A stretch of DNA of 20,000 nucleotides, from positions 50,828 through 70,827 of the forward strand of contig ML002227.1 of NCBI GenBank assembly GCA_003614675.1, read 5' to 3'. Shown here one piece after another: positions 9,995 to 20,000 of the stretch. Made by a program: the position numbers and the translations under genes. Below the pieces are notes generated by a model that had not been told where the DNA came from, ran no database searches, and saw nothing but the letters and a program-made list of their open reading frames with translations. Positions within the stretch are counted from its first letter, which is position 1. The number at the start of each line of letters is the position of its first letter. The stretch is from Dimargaris cristalligena. Its lineage: Eukaryota.

Positions 9995-10558
9995 CCTGGG
10001 AAGAGTTGGCACGGGCAGAGGCCGGCGGAAGAGTGTATGCGAAGCGGACGGTGGTTAAGTAAGACGACGGGCCAGCCGGCTTGGCTGGGTAAAACGATTT
10101 TTGGGAATGTTTTAGCGGACCGCGGAAATAGGCCAGGCGGAGGAGGAAGAAGAGCGGTGGCGGCAGATGGGTCAGTAAGCGTATCGGAGACGGGCGTGGC
10201 GGATATTAGAGAAAAACAGAGCAACGCAGATATAAAGCAGTTATAGAAAAGAGCGGAGCAGAGGGATGAGAGAACAATAGGGGTTATGTAAGCAGTCTGG
10301 GGTTGGAAAACAAGAATCCTAAAGAGAGTCCAAGCAGATATAGAAAAGGAGGAGAAGGGATCTGAATGGCACTGCTGAAAGGAAAGGAAAGGGAGTGACG
10401 AGCAAGGTGGCCGTGGTAAAAGAGGGGAAAAGAAACTCGTTCTGGTCAGGATACCTTAGCAGCCGCCAGGAGAGGTTTTACTACGATCACGCATACACAG
10501 AGAGCCGGCCCGGGTTGCTGTCAATGCCAAATAAATGCAGTCGGTTCTGGGAAAGCCC

Positions 10559-10588
10559 CTCTCTCTCTCTCTTTCTCTCTCTTTCTCT
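10559..10588. repeat. Imperfect (CT)n/(AG)n microsatellite upstream of the giant ORF
   Basis: ctctctctctctctttctctctctttctct read directly from the sequence. Confidence 0.85.
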
Positions 10589-12232
10589 ACGGCAGAGACG
10601 CTCAGAACGAGAAAAAATGCCAGCTGGCCGATTAGGAGTCCGCCGGAAAACAACAGAGAGCGGCAAAGAAGGTGGGCATAGTTGGAATTAAACGAATGAG
10701 TGAACAACATGTCGCACCAACCCCGCGCCCGCGGAGCCGTCTGCACCACCTCGGGGCCGGGTCGTCATTGGAACGGGCATTTTGTGTCAGAAGGTCTTCG
10801 TATCTCTCCGGCCAGGAGGCATCGAGTCTTCTTCCAACGAATACCAACGGTGATCCCATTTATTATGGTCGATGATTCGCCCTGACGAGGGGTCTTTAGG
10901 CTGCGCACTTGACAGAGAGAAAAAGGTTCCGCTATAGTCTAAGAGACGTATAATCCCCACAACGGGCTGGTTTGGCCAATCACCCGATCGACACAGTTCC
11001 TATTTTATTATATTATAGTATAATGCTGAGACGACTAACAGCCCGTTTGGAGGGCACTCAGCCCTACTGACCCGTTTTTTTCATCGACGCTGGTGTAGTG
11101 AGAATGGATGGTCCGTCCAGGGGCGCCTACTGTCACTCCCCTGTCCCGCGCTGATCGAGTATAGTAGCGGCCGTCACCATAGTACCGATGCTGTCGACCA
11201 GCTGGCGGGACTAAAAAAAAAGAGGAAAATCCGGACCAGCTGGGCCCAGACTTTCTGATCCCCGCCGCCGATTCAGCCCGCGACGGCCTCTTTCCCCCAT
11301 TGTTCCTGGCCCCCTATAGCCATTCTGAACTGCCCTGGACTGACCAATCCACGCCCCGCCCTCTATTTATATTGGGACTTGCATTATTATGGAGGCAATC
11401 TCACCACGGCCCTGGGAAATGGATTTCCGCTATCATCTCCTTCCGCCCTCCTCTGCTGGGTTTTTATCGCTTTTTATTATGCCTGTTTGGTCATTCATAA
11501 CCAACTTTGCCTAAATTAATAATGGTTTGGGAGTGGATAGTGGGGGGCTGGCCCTGACTCTCAGCGCCCTAGAACGGGCAGTGCCCATGTATACGCATGC
11601 GGACTAACTGAATCTGGCATGAACTTGACCATTTCCCTGCCATTGCCAAATGTACCCGTCTAAATAGTGCAGTGTCTGAGGCTCGGATAGGATTGTATTG
11701 TATTGGGTATTTATAGTACTATTAAAGCGGGTCTCGACTACTTTATTTGCAGTTCACACTCCATAACTGTTTCTTCACGAATCGCGTATCATTATCCTAC
11801 GCATCAACTTTGAAGGCTAATACAAGAGACCCACTAAGCACTCTTGTCGGAATTCCAGCTCAGCTTCGACCCGTCTCGTATTTGCCGAAATATGCCGGAT
11901 TGTTAGTGTTTAGCAGGAAGCGGAACTTCGACATTGTCTTATCTGCAAATAAATGTAACCCAACCGCTGCTGCAGCAAAAATAATAATATACAGGGCAAA
12001 AAAAAGCAACAAGGAGACAAGAGTGACCGACCACTCCCACCACAAGAACCTATTTCATTGAATATATTCGCATTTTCCCAGGTATATCCTACAGCCACCA
12101 ATAACAGAGTATATGTCTCTGCCACAGTGGCTTCAGCCAATCTCATTCCCACCATTGGACATCTCTCTCGTAATCTATTTTAGAAAAGAATCGCTAGCCG
12201 TCGACATCCACCTGCGCCCATTCTCTTCCATA

Positions 12233-13038
12233 ATGTCCGACATTGCCGCCATGAACGACGAGTTGGCCCTACTTCAGAAGAAGGTATGCTGTTTGAAGAA
12301 GAGAATCCCCCCCCCAATCAATTACAGCCGTAGCCCCCATGCGGCGCATTACCTGGGTTTCAGAGTAAAAAGGCAGTTGTAAGCCCTAGTTGTAGCCCAA
12401 AAGCCACCCAAGTCTTGTCAGCCTCACCCATTTTGCCTTGTGTAGCACACCCTCTTGCTGAATGGCCGAACTAGGTCGGCATGTTCAATGTCAAACTCAC
12501 TCAACTTCCCCATTGCCGCTGTATCTCTCTACCCCTACCCACTGTAGCAACAAGAATCAATGGTCCTCCAAAGCGAGTTGGAAAACCTCAAAGATACTAG
12601 AGTAAGTTTACTATACTGAATACATCCCCACCCACTCTCACTGAGATGTGATGTCAAGTTGACTAAGTGTTTGTGATTCTGGGCGAATTGTTTGGGGTCT
12701 AGTGTATTAACTATTCCGGTTGATGCTTCATTATATATAGAAACTGTACACCAGTCGGGCCCCAGGTGGCATCTTCTTTGTCGATAAGCGCCAGACTATT
12801 CAGACTCGTAACCAGGGTAAGTTGTCCAAATGACTGGGGGGCCGCAAGTTGTCCCCGAGACCAACGAGACCATGTCCTCGGTTTACAAAAATGACAGAAT
12901 TTAGGTATTACGCCTCGCATTATAACCAAACACCCCTCTATCTACGCAACTGCTACTATACCCCACCTAGCCTCGCAAAAGGAATTGACCAAAAAGATCC
13001 AGGATTTGGAAAAAAAAACTGGGCCAAGGGAACAATAA
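12233..13038 (+). CDS. ASDURF: Small beta-prefoldin-like protein, ASDURF-like (82 aa); exons 12233-12283, 12548-12601, 12741-12816, 12971-13038
   Basis: Three canonical introns (GTATGC..CTGTAG 12284-12547; GTAAGT..TATTAAC..TATAG 12602-12740; GTAAGT..CCTAG 12817-12970) join 51+54+76+68=249 nt into one frame: MSDIAAMNDELALLQKK/QQESMVLQSELENLKDTR/KLYTSRAPGGIFFVDKRQTIQTRNQ/ASQKELTKKIQDLEKKTGPREQ*. The layout is coil, hairpin, coil. The core ELENLKDTRKLY..IFF matches my recollection of human ASDURF ([12 protein letters not shown]..IFF) without gaps. Confidence 0.8.
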
Positions 13039-13463
13039 TACCCCTACCACGAAATAATACAAAGGGTCTTCCAAACTACACAGGAGATACCAACTGATTG
13101 CGGGAAGGGGATAAAAATAAATCAACACTAATATCCATTAAACATATTCCTGGCATCCGTCAAATAATAAGTGAGGTCTAGAGAAGATTGACTGTACATA
13201 ATATAGGTTCGCCATTCAATACAGACTCGTACTGTAATTGCGAAAACCAAAAACATGAATAACCAAACACCTTCTCCCACTATAAAAAACATCAATAACA
13301 ATGGTGAACGACTATATCGAGGGCCTTGAGAGATTCCAAGTGATTGCATAAAATTTATTGAGAATATAACTGACGTACACTCCCAGTGCGATTTAACAGA
13401 TAAGTGACTATTCCTTTTATAATGGTGGGGGAAAGCCTCAGGCAACAGGTGAAAAAAAATATA

Positions 13464-15076
13464 TTAGGCATTCATGTAGGTCGACACATCAATGTTCTCG
13501 GGAAGCTCGGTAATGGACACTTCGAAGCGGTCCTGGATGGCCTTCAGGTTAGTGCGATCAGCATCCGTTGACACAAAAGTAATAGCCAGACCCTTGGTAC
13601 CGAAACGTCCAGCACGTCCCACACGATGAAGGTAGGAGTCGGGGCTGTCGGTAATATCGTAGTTAATGACAATATTGACTCGCTCGACATCAATACCACG
13701 TCCAAAAACGTCGGTGGCCACCATAATACGATGGGTGAAGTCCTTGAACTCGGTGTACCGCTCAATACGCTCCTCCTGGGTCATACCGCTGTGGATGGTG
13801 GTGACGGGGAAGTTGCACGAGTGCAGGATGTCGTGGAGCATCTGGGCGCGCTTGACGGAGCTAACGAACACGCACACCTGATTGAACTCTAGGTTGTCAA
13901 GCAGATCACTCAAACGCCGGTTCTTCTTGTCGGCGGGCAGGTCAACGTAGTATTGCTGCAGACCGTGAAGGGTCAGCTTGGTCTCGTCATCAACGAAGAT
14001 TTCGAGGGGGTTGTTCATGAACTTCTTGGCCACGGCACGGGTCTCCTGGCTCAGGGTAGCGGTGAACATCATCACCTGCTTCGAGCGGGGAGTGGCTTTG
14101 AAGATTTCCTGAACGGTGCGGCGCATATCTGTTCATGATTCCGAAACACAAGTAGAATATCCAAAAAAAAAAATGAGTTAGAATACATGACGGGTAATTA
14201 GAGGGCAGGCTGACTAAGGGCCAGTGGTGCCAATGATCAGATGTTTTTGTATAGATTGACCTCAGGACACGACAGGGTTTCAATCCATCGTGCCATCTCG
14301 GAGAGCTGGGTTTAGAAAATAGCAATGTTTATCATCATTTAAGGCCTGCCGAAGCGGAGATTTAGAGAGCACGCTACAGGAAAGCGACTCCATAGCTCGA
14401 CCGAATAAGCTGAGCACTTACCAATTTCGTCCAAAAGACGATCGCACTCGTCAAGGACAAAGTGCTTGACGTGGTCGCAGTTGAGGGACTTGTCGCGGAT
14501 CAGACCAGCGACACGACCGGGGGTACCGACCAGAATGTGGGGGCAGGTGGCGGGGTTCTTGAGCAGCTCCTGGTCAGTCTTGACGGGGGTACCGCCGTAG
14601 ACGACCGAAGTGCGCACGGCCGGCAAGTACTTGCCGAAGCGGGTGTACTCGTTCTTGATCTGGTAGGCCAGTTCGCGGGTGTGGCACAGAACAATCACGG
14701 ACACTTCACCGTCCACGGGCTCGATTTGGTTGAGCGTGGCCAAGACAAACACAGCAGTTTTGCCCATACCCGACTTGGCCTGGGACAGCACGTCGACACC
14801 CATCACGGCACGGGGGATACACTGCTGCTGAACTTCACTGGGATGTTCGAAACCGCAGTCCACGATGGCACGGGCGAGCTCGGGCTTGAGTAGGAACTCA
14901 CGGAAACCGGTCGAGTGCATACTGGCGTAACTGCCCTTCTTGTCGGACGCGTCCGCACCAGCGGCCTCACCACCCTTGGCGCCGTCATCTTGACCGGCGT
15001 CAGTGGTGGTGGTTTCGGTGGGGAGGGCTTCTTCCTCCTCGTCGTAGTCGATGAGATCCTCGTTGTGATCGGCCAT
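13464..15076 (-). CDS. SUB2: ATP-dependent DECD-box RNA helicase SUB2/UAP56 (DDX39), 439 aa; exons 15076-14422 and 14128-13464
   Basis: N-terminal [11 protein letters not shown] and [23 protein letters not shown] motif GFEHPSEVQ; motif I AKSGMGKT; motif Ia HTRELA; motif II DECD; motif [10 protein letters not shown]. Splicing gives [15 protein letters not shown], the usual UAP56 junction. Confidence 0.97.
14129..14421 (-). other. SUB2 intron (293 nt, phase 1), snoRNA host
   Basis: Donor G|GTAAGT at 14421, branch point TCTAAC near 14180, T-rich tract, acceptor ACAG| at 14129. Its removal restores the reading frame. Confidence 0.93.
14258..14344 (-). ncRNA. snR69: Intronic box C/D snoRNA, snR69-like (predicted guide for the 25S rRNA Cm2948 equivalent)
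   Basis: C box ATGATGA at 14338-14332. Guide TCTAAACCCAGCTC at 14316-14303 is perfectly complementary to the conserved LSU rRNA sequence GAGCUGGGUUUAGA. D' box CCGA at 14301-14298; D box CTGA at 14265-14262. The D'+5 rule selects the C of GAGCUGGG (yeast C2948, the snR69 target). The RNA ends are approximate. Confidence 0.85.
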
Positions 15077-18057
15077 GATGAAGATTGAAGTGGATGAGAA
15101 AGGGGAGATGTTCCGGTAGAAGGGAAAGTGTGGATCAACGGGTAATGTCGAGGGTCAACGATACCCACAAAAGAATAAGAGCAAAAAAGATACAACAACA
15201 CAAAGACCGGAGAGTCAAAAGATGAGAGAATGAAACCAAACGCGTCGGAGCAAAGAAAGCCAGGAAACAGGAGTGGGGCCACACGTGTGGTAAGTGTATA
15301 TGGGAGAGAGGGGGAGGGGGAATAGTGTACAGGCAGGAAGAAAGGGTGTCTCTCTTTCGCAGCAGGGTCAAGGAAGACTGAGAGTAATAATAGTAGTAGT
15401 AAGGTGGGACTTCTGGAAGGGGGAGAATCGATCCAATTATATGCAAGTCGATGGGAGAAAATGTCCCAAGGCGGCCGGAATAAATAACGTATTTTACACA
15501 GCAATGAATTAAGCCAAAAACGGGAACGTCGAAACGAAGGGCTGACAGAATGCCGAAATATAATAGGTATTGTACAAGGGAGGGAAGTGGAGGGTGTTGG
15601 GGCATACTAACGAGTCTCTCAGCCCTCACGGAAACCCTCGTTTATAAAGAAACAGAGGGGGAGGCGGCTGATAGTTCCAACCACAAAGGCGTTCCTCACG
15701 AAAGTGACCCATTTTCCTAGGCAAATCCCCGTGGTTTTTTCCAGCTATGATCAAGTTTTTTTTTTCATGAGTAGTAACGGTATGGCCTGCCCCAGAGGCG
15801 GACTATCTTACAGTATTGGTCGGCTGTAGCACAAATGGGTTTTTTTAAAAGCATGCTAAAAATTAGAGATAAAATAATTTTGGTCTTATAAAAGGGATAC
15901 GAATAGACCAAAAGCACAGTACCAGCCAATGAAAATGGTATAATCAGCCCAGTGTTGAAATTTTTTCGTGCGGTCCTTGGGCATTCCTTAGACCAGACAC
16001 TGCGTTTGGGGAGAGTGGAAGCTATTGCCTGATCCAATTGGTTAACAAGAGCCACTATGTGCCTTGCCCAATGAGATATTCCAGCCCCCCTATGGTTGAC
16101 TGTAGGCAACCCGTACATTCATTAGTAGAGTGTGTGGTATGGCAAATTTTTATTGCATAAGGTACCTCTGTGGGTCACCTGATCGGATCAAAGGCACCAT
16201 TCGTCTCAATGAAAATGAATCCCAGGAGTTCGATGGAATGGGCCTGTTGACCAGCCGCCCCCCTTTACGAATGGAATATGGGCAGGGTTATATATCCAGC
16301 GGTATAACAACGACGCATCCGCTCAATGAAGTTGATTTTGTAGGATACGGTTATTACACTCGCCCGGTCTACCGTGAACAGTTAATCCGAAATCCCGTAT
16401 TATTGTATTGAGGAGTTTCATGTACATATTGCCACTAATTAGTGGGGAAAGGACACGCCCAAGTAGTTGGATAGATTGTGATTAATCTCAACTGCAGCAT
16501 GATAATATTGATTTGGAGGTTGTCAGCCACATATGTTCAACTGACCAACCCCAGGATAATAACAGGCCACTGTTGCATTAGTAGTTCACCACGTATATAC
16601 CAATATTTAAATCCGCTGGGTATAGAGTGCTGCCAGACCCGGAGATGTTGCCAATCCGGACTAATTAGTAGGCAAAGGGTGATATGCTTATATTGTAGTA
16701 GAACTTAATGCCACACTAAAGTACAGCAGATATAGCCTTACATCAGCACCAGCTGGAACAGCTACAACCCTGTTGGAAACTAACATCTTGGAAGGTAACC
16801 TTGTACTCAGTGGGGACGGTTCTTGTCTGGACTTCAGACAGGGGCAACTGGGGATCACTCATAGATCATACTAGGACCCGGCAAACCAGGCACAATACAT
16901 GGGTTTAGGACCAGTAGCAACGTAGATAAGATAGCACCGGGAATCAGGGATCCTGATAAGAAATTTAATCGTGCAAACACTGCTGGTCTTTAACGAGAGA
17001 GTGCCCATAGGGTGTTGATAGGAAACTTGGGAATATAGAAAACATGCATATAGCAACCTAGGAGTGCCCAAAGTCCATATGGGAGTAGTTCAATAAGGTT
17101 GTATAATGAAAAATCCATTTGATGAGGCAAATACTGCTGGTTGAAATTAAACATCCCACCAATTTTCCCACACACATAGCAGTTAAAACCTTATACCACT
17201 GAGCCGAACTTCACCCATATTGTCAATAGTTATGGTCAGATGTTTCTATGGTACCGGAATACTCAACCTTGTGGCAGAGGATAGGGAACATAAATGAAAA
17301 AAAAATGAAGGTCGCTGATGATGGTGGCTATTGGGCACGGGGACTAGGTATGCGCCCTAACCTTCCACAATTGGGATGAAATCATACTACGATAATATAT
17401 AATCTTGGAAGTCATGTCCAGACCTATTTCCGGTGGTGGTCTCCACCTTTTCCCGAAAGTTGACAATATACTATGTGCTTTATATTCTCAAGGTTTAAGT
17501 AGGGCCAGCTTCAGCACTATAATCATAGATTACATAATGTAATTTGGCCTATTGCCTGAACCAAGTGGTCTCCAGCTCCCGATAATACCCAAACCCACAG
17601 ATGGTTGAATTTTAAAGCGGCATAATAGTAGAAAACCAAAAGAGCACGCATATCGAATTTATGAGTGATAGGTTAACCAATCGATGGATGTTTCGTTGAT
17701 ATAATGAATAGTAAACTATGGATATATTTAGCCCGCGGTTGGCCTTACATAGCCAATAAGCCAAGAATGGCTGAGCCGAATTGAGGCGAAAGTAACTGTA
17801 ATCAAACTAACTGAAATAGGAATATAGAATACATTGGATTTTTCCAGAATACATGTATATGGGGGGAGAGGGTGACTCGGGAATTGGGGGGTTATCATAT
17901 AATAATATGAGGTACCATTCATGGTAGTGAAAGGCAGGGGAGGGAGAACCTTTCCAGTAGTAACGACCAATCCAATTCCGCTAAAAATGCCAAGCACATA
18001 CAAAGGACTTTAATATCGACCTGTGAATGGAAAGGACAGCTGGTTCACTTAAATATT

Positions 18058-19442
18058 TTAAGGTGCCACCTGATCCGAAATGGTGTATTTACTCCGGTAC
18101 TCGGGTACAAGCATATCCTTGGCCACCGCCATGCTGTATCCCTCCATAGACAAGTTAAACCGGCTCTTCTCAAACAAGATATCTCTGCACTGGCGTTCGG
18201 GAAAAGGCTTATCCAATGAATGTAAGGCGTTGTTTGCCTGACCTAAATTTTGATCAGTTGAGACGCGCTCATTGATGTGGTCCAACTCCAGCTAATATTC
18301 TAGTAGAAGATTCTGGGCCTTGATCAATCCGTATTCACCCAGACACTGGATATATTCGAAACGCTGCTCCAGAATATATTCTTCAACCGTTTGGTTATTT
18401 ATACTTTCCATGGCCTCATTCGATGATGGATCATATCCGTCCTTCCAACCCGCCTTTTGCTCAAGAAGCTCGATAATATCGTAGATGTTCTCTGCGACAG
18501 CCCCGTCCTTCTCATTACCGGGTAGTTTTTCGAACATTTGAGCGGCTAGGACAAGTGCAAAACGGGCGTACTCAGTATGCTTGACGTCCATACCCGCCAG
18601 GCCTGATTCAGAAGTCGCATCCAGCGTAATCCTAAAGAATTCCTTGACCTTGTTAAAGGGAGACTGGGTTCCAGGTTCGGGAAGGGCAGTGACTGCCTTC
18701 TGGAATAGATGCCAGGCAACGTGGGCAAGGGTCCCATGGAAAATGTCATATATACTATATTGAAATATGCCGACAAGGCGGGCCCTATAGCATTGGGGTT
18801 TCAGGACAAGGTGCTCAAATAAATTCCTGTCGCAAAGAGGATTAATCGAGTTCTTTTCGAATTGATCTAAGGACATCCCGGTCGTTCGGCTGTCGTCACT
18901 TCTAATATTATAGCCCAAGGGCCCTGTAGAGCCCCCATTAGAATTGTTGCTGTGGGCTGGGGACCCCGGGGGGGGGCATCGTCAAGATAGCCATCATTGT
19001 CAATCAAGTCTGAGGGTGCTATGTGGAGGCCGCCGAGTTCCACTTTATCAACTAAGGAATATGAAGGGAGGAGATCATTTAAATTATCACCAGTGAACGA
19101 GGAATCCAGGGCTCTCAAAAACGCCAGGTCTATCGTTTCTTCCGAATCACTCTCAAATGGGATGGACAGGAGCCCAGTAAATTCGGGGATAGTTTGCATA
19201 TGGGCCAGCTGGAGAATGGAAAATGCTGTATAAAGGTACTTATCATCCAGATGATCTGCCAGTGTAGAACCACGACCCGGGGATCCAGAAGGGTTCGGCG
19301 TGACCTTGTCGGGTTGTAGGGCACCGGGCCGTGGGGAGGAGGAAGCCGGAAATAACCGTTCAAGTAGAGAGCGGGGACGGGATGGAGAGGGTGGAGGAGA
19401 CACCTCCGGGCTCCCAGTGAACGGATGCTTCGAGCGGAACAT
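18058..19442 (-). pseudogene. Disrupted hypothetical protein gene (~460 codons if repaired): frameshift at a C9 run plus an in-frame TAG
   Basis: ORF 19442-18867 links to the frame of ORF 18918-18292 if one C is added to the 9-nt run at 18968-18976 (...YLDDAPPPGSPAHSNNSNGGSTGPLGYNIRSDD...). ORF 18285-18058 is in that same frame after a single TAG at 18294-18292 (..LLEY*LELDHINER..). No family recognised. Confidence 0.6.
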
Positions 19443-19593
19443 AGTGTTTTAATTAAATGAAATAGCTTTAATAAAATTGCTAAATCGTTTCGTTTTTTAA
19501 AAAGGAATGAATATATTTCGAACTTGGGGACCGTGGCTACTTTATATTCGCTCTTCGACGGCCTTGTTTAAAGTGAGAAATTAATGGATAGGT

Positions 19594-19720
19594 TTTTATA
19601 AAGAAATATTTATTTAGGAATAAGTGTGGTAAAATCAGGAATATTTGACTAGTTCATTTTCTTGGTGGATTTCTCTGGATTTCTCCTTGAACTAGGGAGT
19701 AAAATAGGTGGGTTTTTATA
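19594..19720 (-). promoter_or_regulatory. Two candidate TATA boxes (TATAAAAACC at 19600 and 19720) upstream of the disrupted gene
   Basis: The identical 10-mer GGTTTTTATA occurs at 19591-19600 and 19711-19720 on +, in AT-rich DNA about 160 and 280 bp upstream of ATG 19442. Confidence 0.35.
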
Positions 19721-20000
19721 CCTGAATTGCAAGACTAAGGTGGAATGATCACAACAGGCACCGAACGGTCGTTGATGATGATTTCTCCCGTCTTGACCAT
19801 TCTCCTTTAACACTTTATGACCTCATAGCCTAGAAAACACCACCTTCTCTCACGATTTCAGAGATAACAGCTAGTTCTAGGCTACGAGTTCAGTATTGGC
19901 ACTCACTTTGGTTGTAAAATGATATAAATGGTGTGGTGAACTTACCACATTTTTTACCTACTTTTATTTTTTATCTATTTTTCGCACTTATCGGAAGTAT

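Noticed and set aside
126-10246. The many short ORFs on both strands, including the 203-aa and 233-aa + ORFs
   Set aside because: They are antisense or off-frame shadows of the single giant minus-strand ORF; their Gly/Arg/Val-rich content mirrors Pro/Ser/Thr codons.
12113-12382. 89-aa + ORF as a gene in its own right
   Set aside because: Only 12233-12283 appears coding (exon 1 of the spliced microgene). The rest is upstream sequence and intron 1.
14339-14421. C-terminal extension of the 245-aa SUB2 ORF ([10 protein letters not shown]...)
   Set aside because: This is read-through into the intron after the GTAAGT donor.
14803-15629. 233-aa and 164-aa minus ORFs upstream of or overlapping SUB2
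   Set aside because: They arise from the pyrimidine-rich SUB2 5' region (Phe/Leu/Ser/Pro bias) and out-of-frame overlap; no recognisable protein.
16130-16411. ORF beginning MCGM..., superficially like the MCGI N-terminus of ASNSD1/asparagine synthetase
   Set aside because: It starts at GTG, shows no further glutamine-amidotransferase similarity, is short, and is separated from the ASDURF-like gene by the convergent SUB2 gene.
17316-17400. TGATGA C-box-like motif (another at ~19775)
   Set aside because: No suitably placed CTGA D box and no recognisable rRNA antisense element.
18292-18338. 47-nt GTGAAT..TATTAG intron that could remove the internal TAG
   Set aside because: Splicing it shifts the frame and reaches TGA within a few codons.

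Overview
Eukaryotic, intron-containing DNA, probably fungal (GT-AG introns with CTAAC/TTAAC-type branch points, fungal-type SUB2). The taxonomy is inferred, not proven. The window holds five main elements. (1) A giant intron-free minus-strand ORF, ATG 9994 to beyond the left edge (>=3331 codons), which the ORF track misses. It encodes a Pro/Ser/Thr-rich disordered protein with a 4x33-aa tandem repeat and several paxillin LD-like helical motifs. (2) A hidden 4-exon plus-strand microgene (12233-13038, 82 aa) whose spliced product closely resembles ASDURF, the beta-prefoldin-like PAQosome subunit that humans encode as a uORF of ASNSD1. Here it stands alone, with no ASNSD1 downstream. (3) SUB2/UAP56 DECD-box helicase (minus strand, 2 exons, 439 aa). 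(4) A C/D-box snoRNA in the SUB2 intron with a 14-nt guide matching 25S rRNA, predicted to target the Cm2948 equivalent (snR69-like). (5) A disrupted hypothetical gene (18058-19442) with one homopolymer frameshift and one in-frame TAG.
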